A stretch of 64,000 bases of DNA. Origin: Camelus dromedarius (Eukaryota). Below the pieces are notes generated by a model, which saw only the letters and a list, made by a program, of their open reading frames with translations, was not told the origin of the DNA and made no database searches. Where the stretch lies: assembly GCF_036321535.1 (NCBI RefSeq), contig NC_087436.1, forward strand, positions 99,326,001 through 99,390,000. The letters are read 5' to 3'. Positions 27,916 through 41,468 of the stretch are shown here, piece by piece. The position numbers and the translations under genes are program-made. Every line of letters starts with the position of its first letter. The first letter of the stretch is position 1.

Positions 27916-30269
27916 AAGCTATTTGGGTAGTTTTCAATATGACCTTGTACTTACCATAAATAAAATCCAGTGCTTACAAAGAGTTAATTATGTTGTTCAT
28001 AAATCTCTTTGTGCCAGTTCTGTGTGTGTTCATTTTATTATATATATTTACTATATATAACAGCATGCAAATTATTATAAAAGCAATATTATAAAATTTA
28101 ATTATTTTTAAAGAAAATGTGTACATTATTTACACAAAATGACAGAGTTTTATTTCTATGGAAAATAAACTGAATTTCTTGGAGATCTAATGAAAGTACA
28201 TTACTATAATAGTATAACAGAGTAAGTGTGGCTAAAACAATAGTAGGTAGTAGAGAAATGAAACAAAAAATGTAGAAGAAAAATCCTACAACTTTATATT
28301 TGAAGTATAAACAGTGTAAACTCAGGATTCAATTTTCCTTTCTTTCAAAAAAATACTTATTTTCAAGCTCTGCACACTACAAGATCCTAAAAGTAAAAAC
28401 AACCCAGTAACAATGAGTAACCCTACTGAACCAGATTGGGATCTTCAAAAGCCTATCTCACTAAAACAAACTAGGGTTCCTTAGAAAATGATGGAAGGTA
28501 GGTAAAGGTCAAGAAATTTACAAGCAAGGATATCACACGTGCATTAAAAACACATCTTTAAAATTATAATCAATATCTCTAACATACCTACTACCAGAAT
28601 CTTGCCCCCAAAGCATCAGATTAAAATATAGAAACTGAACAATGTATCAAGTTCTGTGAATTAGTGTTAAAATAGATCTTCATAATAAAACTAACAAAGT
28701 AAAAGTTAAATACATAGATTGTTAGCATGTTCTGAAATGACCTAAAGAAATTCCAGGAATTTGATGGAAAACTTAACAGATGAGAGAAAATTGTCTATTG
28801 TAATTTATCTTTGTCTTTCCTTGATGCACAAGAGAGTAGGAAAGGTAAATAAGTTTTGTATTACTTCTTGAGCAGTTTCTGTAGCAGGCTTATACACACA
28901 GGTCATCAACTAGAGGTACGCATCATTTCTCCCACATTCCTCAATATTCTGTTGCCCAGAAAATAATTATTAAATAGAACTCTCTAATACCAGATTATTT
29001 AGGTAAGGCTCTTCTCAGCTCTTTTGCTTTCTCATGATCTGTGGTTCCTCTGTGGTTTTCACATGCTCCTCTTATTTTCCAAATATGATCTGTACACACC
29101 AATCTCCATAGCCTGGGATGCCTTCCTCTCTTCTCTGTATGTCCTCATGGGTGTTGTACTTTGCGATACTCAGACCCTGCGTGTTTAATCTTTTCTAAAT
29201 ATTCTCTTCTTCCCTTTTCTCTTCCTTGTAACTATTCTCTCATCGTCTTTGCCTTTTCTGTTCTGTTCTCTTTTGTTCTTTATCTTTTCTTTCTTCATTT
29301 CTTTCTTTTCCTTCCATTCTCTCTGTCTGTCTCTCACTTTACTCATTAGGCACACAAGGCCATGAAAAGGCAGACCTAGATCCCTTAGTTCAATGCTCTT
29401 AAAAGAGGCAATAGTCTCTGTGGCTCTTGGGTCAAATTTTTGAAAAGGATTTAACTGTTACAACTTCTCTGTCTGAGCCAGGCCATAAATAATTGGCAAA
29501 CCACTGAGTTAGGTATCAGTCTGTTTCAGTATTCAATGGCCTTGGAGTGGGACACTATTATACATACACTAATGATGATATAATGTAGCAATTTACGTAG
29601 ATAGGGCAATAGTCCAGGGCAGGTTATGATGCATGTGGAACAAGGCTACTGGCCATGTTTTTATTAGGCATGCACAATTTGTATTGCTTTCAATACATGT
29701 TTTAAATATATTTTCATGGCTTTCTCTAAGTTTTTGATCTTTGAGTGAAAGAAATTTAAATATGTCAGTTTGTCAAACGGATTTATTTATTGTAGTCTAC
29801 CTTGTTAAAACAGATAGGGTCATCATTGCATGTATTGTCCTTGGGAGTTCTCCATTTGCTGTTAACATACGGGAAATGTTTCCCTTTTCTTAGTTCAGAA
29901 AAAATATTCAACCTTATTTTCCACTACTTCTGTCAGTTTATCGCTTTCATTTAAATTATTAATCAATCTGTAATATATTTTAAAATATACCATGTGATTA
30001 GCTATTTTTTTACATATCAAAAATAATTAGATGTTCTAATTAGATGTAGTAGATGTTAATGCCATTTACTGAATAAATGTTCCTTCTAATCTAGCTAATA
30101 ATGTACATTGCTTACAAATAAAATTGATATATAAAATTATGTCTATTTCTAATTAGAGCCATTGATCTTCCAATCAAATCTTATGCAAGAAAAAACTATT
30201 TTAATTATTGAACATTTATGTTATGTTTAATACCAATTTGAGCAAGTTCCTTCTTAGATTAGTTTTCTA

Positions 30270-30993
30270 TTCCTATTTTCCAAATAACTACAAACATAGC
30301 AGTTTAATTTATTATCTCACAGTACTGTGGGACATATGCTTGGGTATGGCCTGAGTCCTCTGCTGAGTGTTCCACAAGGCTGTAATCGAGGCTTTGGGTA
30401 GGCCACATTCTCATCTAGAACCTTGACTTATTGTTGGTAAGAATTCAGTTCGTCATAGTTATAGGACTCTGTTCTCATTTTCTTGATTGCTGTAGGTCGG
30501 GTGGCTCTCAGGTCCTAGAGGGTGCCCTGAAGTCCAAACCACACAGCCCATACAGATGACATTTGTTGTCGTGTTTTTGTTTGTTTGTTTGTTTCAGAAT
30601 CAGCAGAATCTCTGACTTCAAAATTCTCTCTTCATGAAGGACCCAATCCCTCTTTTAAAGGCATATATACTAACACAGAGGGAAAGATTAAGTTTAGCTT
30701 GGTTGACAATAGCATACAATTTTTCTAAGTAATGCTTCAGTATCAATTAATTATGGTTAAGTATGTGTGGATTTCCTGTAGTAGGCTGAATAATGGCCAC
30801 AACAAGATGTCAGGTCCTAATCTGTGAAACCAGTAAATGTTATCACATAACTGATAAATATAATTGATAATTATAGGAGTGAAATCATATCACATTCACA
30901 AGCCCCCACTACACTAGGGGAAGGAATTATACAGGAATGTGTATATTTAGGTCTAGAAATCTTGGGTATCATCTTATAATTCTGCCTATCTCA
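30270..30993 (-). mobile_element. MLT1E/F-like MaLR LTR, interrupted by a templated insertion
   Basis: tttattatctcacagt...caaggctgtaatcgagg...gaattcagttc...taggact and the end ggagtga...cacattcaca...ggaattataca...atcttataattctgcctatctca. Confidence 0.7.
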
Positions 30994-31359
30994 TTTCTCA
31001 TTTTCATTCACTCTAAAGTATTTATAGAATGTTACATGGAATATATTATGGTAAGACATAATCTCTACCCATACAGCAATTTTATGTCCTAACTTATTCA
31101 AGTTGTTTTGAGCTAGTCTTCCCATTTTCACTCTCAAATAAATCTTAAAATCCTTTGTAAATTCTTGATGGGATTTTGATTTTCATTGCATTAAACCTAT
31201 TCATTTAGGATGGTTATGGTATATGGTCTTGTCACACAGAAATGTGGTTTTGTTTTACCATTGTTAAGTTATACCTAATTTTTTTTAATCAGTTGAACCA
31301 TAGTTTTGAAGAGGGACAAATCTGAAGTCTAAATACATGGGACAGCATAGATACATTTG

Positions 31360-31758
31360 TGCTAAACAACAGAAATGAACTGTCTCACAATTCTTGAGGC
31401 CAGAAGTCCAAAATCAGTTTCACTGTGCAAATCAAGGTGTTTGTTTGGTCACAGCACCTCTGGGGGCTTTCACAGAGATTGCACTCTTTGTTTCTTTCAG
31501 ATTCTGATTTCACATTACTTTTTCTGTGTGTGTGTATCTTCTCCTCCTTTATCTGTATCATATTTCCCTTTGCATCTTTCTTATAAGGTCACTGTGCTGC
31601 ATTTAGGAGACACCCAAAACAATCCAGGATAATCTCCCAATTTCAAGATACTTAATTCAATAATTTGAAAAAAATCCTTCTTCATTATAAGATAACATTT
31701 ACTGGTTCCACAGATTAAGCCCTGATATCTCGCAGTGGCAATTATTCAGCCTACTACA
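31360..31758 (-). mobile_element. MLT1C-like MaLR LTR
   Basis: aaacaacagaaat...tctcacaattcttgaggccagaagtccaaaatc...aatccaggataatctccc...attattcagcctactaca. Confidence 0.8.
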
Positions 31759-34700
31759 GGAAATTCATACATATTAACACAAAAGGAAAGATTATGTTTA
31801 GCTTGGTTGATGGTAGTTTACACTTTTTCTAAATAGTGCTTCAGTATCAACTAATTGTGGTTGATCAAACATATCAATTTACTTTGATGTCCAGAGGAAA
31901 CCCAACTAAAATTGTTATAAACTAATAAATGCTTCATGAGCAAAGAACAGGAAAAGACATTTTAAATCATTTAAAAATATGAAAAGCAGACAAACAAGTT
32001 TAAAGTGGCTTAGCAGAACAGAGAAAACTAAAACCTAAAAGACCAACTTTAAGCTAGCAATAAGAGAAAACTGTTCACATCTAGCACTGAAAAAGACAGT
32101 AAAGCTAAAAAAGTGATGACAAGGGTGGATACATGTGTGGCTAAAACAAAGAATAAAGACTGAAAACTGAAGTGATTGAAACCACATATTCACCCAGACC
32201 TAAAACTGAAGTTTTACTCTCTGGAAAGTTTCAACTGGAATTTCAACTAAACTTTGGACTGGAGTCTTCAGGCACAAGTGAGATCAAGGGTCATAGAGAA
32301 AATACAGGTTTAAATCAAGTTAACTGCAATGACTTACATAAAGATAGCAGCCAGGTTTATGACCCTAGATATGGGATTAAAAGATTCATTAATGGAGAAA
32401 ACATCTATATAGTAGTAAAGGCAAAAATTTCATATGATTCATGGGTATCTAAGGGTCTAATATATAAGATGAAGATCATTATAAACAAAGAAAAATTCGG
32501 AACTTTGAAAAAAGAGTAAAAAGAATGATAAAAAAATCTAAAACAAAAGGAGTAAATAAGGTAAATGAGCAGAAAAGGTACTGTAATCATGGAATTAAGA
32601 GAAGACTATAAAAATGATCATTCATACAACCAAAAGAAGTCTTACTATTTATTACAAGATAAGGATGCGGTACCACTAAAGGAGTAAAACATTAAAAATG
32701 AGAGAGATGAAATGGCAAAGAAATGATTAAAAAAAAACTATAGACTCAGTATAGGCATTACAGATGTAATGGTTTCATATAATTTCAATCCACTTGTTAA
32801 GACAAGTAAAATTGTTTTAGTCCACTTGTTTATGACAAAAAAACACAAAATCTTATTTTCAGAAGTAAAGTTGCTTTGAAATAAGAATGAAGTAAGTTGG
32901 GTCAGAACGTCATCATCTCATCTGTTGTCTCTGATAAACTTTTAGCAGTTCAGCTGCTGAGGGGCTGTGCTGGGGGCTTATTAATAAAAACAGACATGGA
33001 AGCAACTATGATGTGGGGACATTCAGACTACAAATACTGAGAGTTTGTGAGGGCTGTTTTGAGTTTCGTTCAGGGAAAAGCTACCCTTTACTGATCTAGC
33101 TCTCTGAAGATCCTGAGACGCTTGCTCCTGCCATGGCCAGGCTACTCTTAGTTGGCAGTGGTATTAAACTGTGCAACAGTCTCAGGAAGAGAAGAGACAT
33201 CCGTTCCTACCTGAGTGAGTCCCTCCTCGGCAATGGTGCAAACAGGTCTCTGGAGGGATAACCCTGGGTGTAGGCTAGACTGCTCGCCAACCTTGTGCTT
33301 TCATTCCCTAGCAATGAGCTTTAGCAACAAGCAGCTTGGATTTTTGCACTGGCAGCTGAAAGTCAGTTCTGTGTAAGCTGGCTCTCTGGAGAAACCAAAC
33401 TTGTAGAAAACGTAGAGCTCAACTAAATATGGACTTTATTTCTACCATCTCCCACTGCCTGGAACAATAGTGTAATTAATTTATCATTTATTTGGATTAT
33501 GTTATTTCTTGATCATCTTATTAAGGACATTATCCTATATGCTATTAGCTTGTGAAATTCTGATAAATACCACAGCAAACATGACTATGTTAAATAAACA
33601 ATTGGCAAGACAATCTCAATCTCTGAGCGTAACTAGCCCCTAAACAAAACAGGCAGGAAGTATATTAAACACACACACAAACACACATTTTCAAGAACTG
33701 ATGGACAGTGCACTTACCACAATGGAAGGGCAAAAATTCAGAAAGTCACTTTACATAGCCATAAAATTCAAGACAAATCCACGCTAAAAGCATCCAGGAA
33801 TTTAGGAAAAAAGGCATATAGACACAAAATGGCATTGGATTTGTCAAATGGCTACAATGAGACCTAGAAGAAATAGTACAATGACTTTGAAATTCTGAGA
33901 AAAATAAAGTCCAATTAAGAATTCTATACAAAACCAAGACAAGGATAAATTAATCATTTAAACACATGCAAAATATTAATTTTTCTATATGGTTTTCTTC
34001 AAGGAACTATTGAAATATTTTTTTTCCCATCAAAACAAGTTAGTAAGCCAAGATGTCTAAATACTAAAATCTAGGAAAAGGAGAGAAACCATGGGAATCC
34101 CCATGACAAATGAGAAAACAGATTCCCAGAAAATGATGACTTATCAAGATGACTTATGAAGCTGCCTTTTCAGAGATAAGCAGTAAGCAGAAGAGAGAGC
34201 TTTAATGAGAGGAGAACACTAATAGTCTGCTTGGTCTGTTAAGACATACTGAGAAGATTTTAACTATTAGCAAAAAGTCTTAATGTAAGATGCTGATAAA
34301 TTTATAGAAATTAAACCAATGGTAATATGAGACAACTATCAACTTCAGAGAAAACAAATATTTATATTAAGAAAAGGATATATAATTGTAGTATTCTACA
34401 TGACTCAACTCTTAATAATAGTATTTACATAATTCTGGTAACATAAACAGTAAGTATTGAACAACCTAAAATTTAAAATATAATTATACTGGGTAGTTGG
34501 AAGAAGTGCACGAATTTGAGTATGCACGTCTGAGTGTAAGAAAAAGAAAAGGAGAAAACGAGGTAGGACAGTAAGTAATCGAAGTATTAATCATTTATTT
34601 TGAGACATCATTTGATAATATCTATTCTAAAATATTAAAAATAGTAATATTAGCTTCTATTTATAAACATGGAGGTGATTGATTACCTATAAATTATGTC

Positions 34701-37039
34701 ACAATTTTAAAGTGGTGTTACCAATGAGAAATACAAAAAGGTTTTGAGCAGGGAAGGTAGATGGAAGGATATCAGTAGTTTTTATAAAGATTTTTATGGA
34801 AATACTGACTTTAAAAAAATATATATATATGCATAAGTTTTAAAAGATGCTTTATTTCACCCATTCACTCTGTCTCTCAATAGCTTTGTCATGGATGCTT
34901 TTTACTTAACCCTATAGTTCATTTAGTTCATTGTAATTGTGGTTTCTGTGGTTTTGCTCATTCCCCTTCTATGTGTAATTATTTTCTGCTTTCTTTACAT
35001 TAACCTAGCTGATACATTTGTCAAAGTCAAATCATTAACATGAGATGGATCATTAACATCCCATCATGAATGTTTTACTGTGCATGTATGTGTTACCATT
35101 CAATCATTCATTCATATTCATTCATTCATTTAAAAACACAATCAATTGCCTATTGTGAATTAAATACAGTAACAAACATTCTAGCCTTGAAAGCCAATAA
35201 TGCAATTACACTAATTTATACTGTTTTTTTTTTCCTCTTTGAATTTCTGAAACACTTTTAATGTGGTCACCTTAATATAGCACTAACTATTCAAGGATTT
35301 TCATTTACTTTTTTTTTAAGGCATACATCTCAATTCCTCAGTGTTTTCAAATCCTCCACAGAGATTTAAACACTTTCTCAAATAATTCCAGAGTACTTTA
35401 TACAGCAAAGGATAGGTTAATCTTAAATGTCTGCCAATTTACTATGAAAACAAAGTATGTCAAGTATACACACATAAAAAAAACTACAGTTATGACAATG
35501 ATTATCAAAATTTCCTGTTTTTTAAACAACAATCCTAGGGAAATCAAGTAATTAAATCTGAAGGTGAGATTTGGATTTGGGGGTACAGGTTTTCAAAAGT
35601 CCTAATGTCTGGTTGCTATTTTCCCACACAAGTGTCTACATATAAGAGATGTTTATATATTATCATTTCTTTTTTACATATATTGTCATTTCTGAACAAA
35701 CAAAAGTTATATTATTTGTCCCACTAAGTCTGAAAACCAAATTAACTAAGTTTGAATGAAGACAGAAATATATAATAAGTATGGATAACTGTATCTGCAT
35801 ATTCAAATTGCATTCTAGGTTGAACCTACACAGAGGCAGATAAGATGCCTGCCTGATGGTTTGACCTCAGGAACATTTTCATAATCTTTATAATATCAGA
35901 CAATTATATTAACTGCATCAGATCATCCTTGTTTGTGTTTTCTCTGGATTATAGCTCTGATAATGTCTAAATCAAATACCTGTAATAGAGGAAACATTAG
36001 GCTTCCACATTTATATATTAATATAAATGAACTTATTAGATATCTTTCTTAATGAAGTGATAGAATAAAATACAGTAATCAGGAGGGAAGAATACTGACA
36101 TCTACTTTCTACTAGGAAATGTATACAATTTTATACAATTGTATAAATATATTTTATACAATTGTTTAAAATATAATTTTAAATTATACAATTTAAAAAT
36201 ATTTCTGTGTGATCTCTTTTATTCCCATTTTACAGATAAAGAGAGTAAGATTTAGTAATTTGCTCAACTATAATAAAGAGTGAAGAAACTAAAATTTAAA
36301 GCCTCAAATGCCAAAGCCCCATACTTTTCTACAGCTGTTCCATACATGTGAATAAAATGAGCTGCTCCATATATGTGAATAAAGTTAAGTCTGAATAACA
36401 TAGAACTTTTATTCTTTTCTTAATGTGTCTTTTCATGCCCCTTCACTTGGTGTTTGTCAATGATGTGGCAGCAACACAGAGGCCAAAAACAGACATTGTG
36501 GACATCAAGGAGAAAGTTTATCTAATTTGTCATTTTTAAGATCTAACAGAATAATAATTATTTATATCTACAAACATGTTTATCTATGTATACATATCCA
36601 TATATGCATATGTAACATCAGAAAGTTACAGAGATTATTTTTTCAATACTAACTTACTGCACTATGGAGAACATTCATTAATAAAGAACATCTCAAAGAA
36701 AAGGAAGAGAAACTTGGGTCCTTGACACGAAGGTAAACAAAGGAATCACTGGTAAATCTTCTAGAAGTCATGAGGAATAATGGAGAAGGCCTTTATCTTG
36801 GAATATGTCAGGGCAGAGTAGCCCTTTGTTATTAGTTCTTTCCTTGAAAGACAAAGGTGAGATATTGGGAAACAAAAAAACTGCTTCCCTAAAACAAAGG
36901 ATGCTGAGGTAAAGTTCAACGTTACATACACACGTGTACATACAAACACACAGATCTAATAAATAACCTTTTAAAAATTTAACATGTTTAACAAAAATAT
37001 GAGTTCCCCTATTCTTTAAATCTTCTTTGTTTTTTAATT

Positions 37040-40000
37040 TTATTTTTTTTATATTTATGTTTATTGAAGTATAGTCAGTTTATAATGTACCAATTTATTT
37101 TGTACAGCACGTTTCAGTCATACATATACATAATATATTCATTTTCATATTCTTTTTCATTAAAGGCATATTATAAGATACTGAATATATTATAGTTTCC
37201 TGTGCTATACATTATAAACTTGCTGTTTATCTATTTTATATATAGTAGTTATTATCTGCAAATCTCAAACTTCCAATCTATCCCTTCCCACCCACTTTAC
37301 CCCTGGGAATCTTAAGTTTGTTTTCTACATCTGTGAGCCTGTTTTGTAAGTAAATTCATTGATGTCATTTTTTTTTTTTTTTTTAGATTCTCACATGTAA
37401 GTAGTATCATATGGTATTTTTCTTCTTCTTTCTGGTTTAATTCACTTAGTATGATGATCTCCTGGTCCACTCATATTGCTGTAAATGGCATTATTTTATT
37501 ATTTTTTATGGCTGAGTAGTATTCCATTGTCTATGTGTGTGTGTATATGTATATGTATGTATGTGTATGTGTGTGCACATATATACATACACATATACAC
37601 ACCACTGCTTCTTTATCCAGTCTTCTGTCAGTAGACATTTAGGTTGTTTCCATGTCTTGGCTATTGTAAATAGTACTGCTATGAACATAGAGGTGCATGT
37701 ATCTTTTCAAATTAGAGTTCCCTCTAGATATATGCCAGCTTTACCAACACCACCTGCTAAAGAGACTGTCTTTTCTCCATTGTATATTCTTGCTTCCTTT
37801 GTCAAAGAGTAATTGACCCTAGGTGTGTGGATTTATTTCTTGGCTCTTATTCTGTTCCATCAATCCATATATCTGATTCTGTGTCAATACCACATTGTTT
37901 TGATTATTGTAGCTATAGTATTGTCTAAAGTATGAGAGGGTTATTCCTCCAACGTCTTTCTTTTTCTTCAATATTGCTTTGGCAATTCTGGGTCTTACGT
38001 GATTCCATATAATTTTTATAATTATTTGTTCTGGTTCTGTGAAAAGTGTTGTGGGTAATTTGATAGGGATCACATTAAATCTGTAGATTGCTTTGGTAGT
38101 ATGACCATTTTAACAATATTAATTCTTCCAATCCAAGAGCACAGAATATAATTCCATTTCTTTAAATCATGTTTAATTTCTTTAATAAATGCTTTGCAGT
38201 TATCTACATATAAGTCTTTTACCTCCTTGGTCAGGTTTATTCATACACATTTTATTTTTTTGATGAGATTTTAAAAGGGAATTTTTTTACTTTTGTTTTC
38301 TCATAATTCATTGTTAGTGTAAAGAAATGCAACTGCTTTCTTTATGCTAATCTTGTATCCTGCTACATTTCCAAATTATTTTATCAACTGAAGTAGTTTT
38401 TGTGTGGAGGTTTTAGGATTTTCTATGTATAGTATCATGTCATGTACAGATAGGACACTTTTATTTCTTCTCTTCCAATTTGGATCCTTTTTATTTCTTT
38501 TTCTTCTCTGATTGCAATGGCTAGGATTTCCAATACTATGTTGAATAGAAGTGGTGAGAGTGGGCATCCTTGTCTTGCTCCAGATTTTAATGAGAAGGCT
38601 TTCAGCTTTTCACCATTGAGCATTATGCTGCCTGTGTGTCTGTCATAAATAGCTTTTATTATTTTGAAATATGTTCCCTCTATACCCACTTTGGTAAGAA
38701 TTTTTGTCAAAAATGGGTGTTAGACTTTATCAAATACTTTTTCTACAACTATTTAGATAATCATGTGATTTTTGTTTTTTTCTTTTGTAAATGTGGTGTA
38801 TCACACTGAATGATTTGTGTATGTTGAACCATACTTGTGTCCCTGGGATGAATCCAGCTTGATCATGGTGGATCTTAGATTCTGTTTGTTAATATTTTGA
38901 TGAGAGTCTCTGCATCTATATTCATCAAAGATATTAATCTATAATTTTCTTTTCTGGTAGTGTCTTTATGTGGTTTTGGTATCAGGGTGATGGTGGCTTC
39001 AAAGAATGACTTTGGGAGTATTCCCTCCTCTTCAATCTTTTGGAAGAGTTTGAGAAGGATGCCTATAAGTTCTCCCTATATCTGGTGGAATTCCTGAGTG
39101 AAGCCATATGGTCCTGGACTTTTGTTTGCAGGGAGGTTTTTTATTGCTGATTTTATTTCATTTCTAGTGGTGTGGTCTATTCAAATTATCCATTTCTTTT
39201 TGATTCAGTTTGGTGGACTGTAAGTTTGTAGAAACTTGTCTATTTCTTCTAGGTTGTCCAATTTGTTGCCATATAGTTGTTCATAGTACTTTTTTATGAT
39301 TTTTTGTCTGTTTATTTGTTTTTCTGTGGTCTTTGTTGCAATTTCTCCATTTTCATTTCTTATTTTGGTTATTTTTGTCTTTTCTCATTTCTTCTTGTGA
39401 GCCTGGCCAAAGATTTGTCAATTTTGTTACCTTTTCAAAAACCAGCTCTTGGTTTGACTGATTTTTTTCTATTTTTAAAATTTCTATTTTATTTCCTCCC
39501 TGATCTTTATTATTTCTTTCCTTCTGCTGACTTTAGGTTTTGTTTGTTTCCAATTCTTTCAGATGGTAAGTTAAACTGTTTATTTGAGATTGTTCTTATT
39601 TTTTAAGGAAGGTCTGTGTCACTATGAACTTTCCTCTTAGGACTGTTTTTCCTGTATCCCATAGATTCTGTGTGGTTGTGTTTTCATTTTCATTTGTCTC
39701 AAGGTATTTTTTAATTTCTTCTTTGATTTCATTGTTGACCTATTGGTTTTTTAGTAGCATGTTGTTTAGTCTCTTTGTTGTTATTGTTGATGTTTTCTCA
39801 TTTTTCTTTCTGTGGTTGATTTCTGAATTCATGCCATTGTGGTCAGAAAAGATACTTGAAATAATTTCTATCTTCTTAAATTTGCTGCAGCTTCTTTTGT
39901 GTCCTAGTATGTGCTCCATCCTAGTGAATGTTCCATTCTCACTTGAAAAGAATGCATTCTGGTTTTTGGGGATGTAATGTCCTGAAAATATCAATTAAGT

Positions 40001-41468
40001 CTAACTGTTCTGTTGTGTCATTTAGTATCTCTGCTGCCTTATTGATTTTCTGTCTCAAAGATCTGTCCAATGATGTCATTGTTAGGCTCCTACTATTCTT
40101 GTATTCTCATCAGTTTCTCCCTTTATGCCTGTTAGTATTTGCTTTATATATTTAGATGCTCCAGTATGGGAGTGCATATGTGTTAATGGGTACAATGGCC
40201 TCTTCTTGTACTGCTCCTTTGATCATTGGAGCACATTTGCTAGAAGATGCACCACTGAGTATTCCTCTGCAGGAGATGTCCACCAGTAAGTGCCCTCTGT
40301 GATGTTGTTTGTCACTTGTGTGGGCTTCAAAGTACACTTTGTTGACACTGCTCTTTTCCCTGCCTCAGCTGCGAGAATGTCGGCAACCTGTTCTGGTCTC
40401 CCCCAGGTTCTGTGCCCGCAGGGCTACCAGGGTAGATCTGCTGACATAAGGCACCAGGACCACCATAGTGTGCGTGCAGCCATGCATTAGGATCCAGCAA
40501 TAGCTACAGGGCCAACCCAGATACCGGCCCCACCTCCACATGTGTAGACCCCTGTTAATATAAGACCTGCCCCCTCCACACACCAGAACTCCACTCAGTT
40601 ATCCCAGAGGGGCCGGTCCACAAAGTCTCCAGTGGAGCAAATCTTTCACATCTGCCTGAGGCTTGACTTAAATTTCAGTCCCACCTGAGAAGTCCTGAGA
40701 CCACTGAAAGTAGACTCGGTTTTCATCTCTGCCTCTTCTTGGGAGCTGTGCACCAGCGACTGGGCCCCTCCAGAGCAAACCAAGAAGATTTCTATGTCTG
40801 GACCCCAATCTGTGTGACACCAACCATGGTGCTGAGGAATACCCTCTGGGCTTGTGAAGAAGGCTGCTATGGCCAGGCTGTGTTGAATGCCTCCTTCTGC
40901 TGTGCTAGTAGTGGAGGGTCCTATGGTAAACCCAGGCTGTTCTGCATACACTCCCAGCCTCAGCCTGCACCACACTCCAGCCCCCTGAGGCTGCCTCTGC
41001 AGTCAGCCCCAGTTCTCTTCCTGGGCCCATCCTCTGAAACCCAAGCCCCAGCACCCAGTCCCAGCCTGCACTCATCGGCTTCCGGGTCATTCCTGGTGTT
41101 GAACTGACCCTCTGTGCTGGTTTCTCTCCATTCTGTCTGACAAGCAGTTACTACTTTCTCCTCCAAGCCTCTGGAGCTCCCTTTCTGTCCCAGGCGACCT
41201 CTCCACTGGAGAGGGGGCTTCTTAGGGTGAGGGCACTTTTCCTTCTCTGCCCTTCCTCCAGAGGGGGCAGATCCTGCTCTGGTTTCCTTTTCCTTTTTCT
41301 TCTCCTACCCAGTTTTGTGAGGATTTTTCTTGTAGTTCCAATTGTAAGAGATATTCTGCCAAAGTTCAGTCGGTATTCTATGACATTGTTCCATGTGTAG
41401 ATGTAATTTTTGATGTATTCATGGGAGAGGGTGAGCTCCATATCCTCTACTCCACCATCTTGAAGTCC
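37040..41468 (-). mobile_element. Older L1 retaining both ends but with two large internal deletions
   Basis: 3'UTR at 37.04-37.7 kb; ORF2 RT/EN remnants (ORFs 38435-38710 [10 protein letters not shown], 39740-39994 SDHN); GC-rich 5'UTR 40228-41468 ending ctactccaccatcttg (decayed YY1 site). Confidence 0.9.
37531..37601. repeat. Compound (TG)/(TATG)/(CA) microsatellite inside the L1 3' region
   Basis: ctatgtgtgtgtgtatatgtatatgtatgtatgtgtatgtgtgtgcacatatatacatacacatatacaca. Confidence 0.9.

Noticed and set aside
40290..41441. ORFs in the GC-rich block resembling a gene or CpG island
   Set aside because: The block is the CpG-decayed 5'UTR of the older L1; its terminus matches 9320-9360
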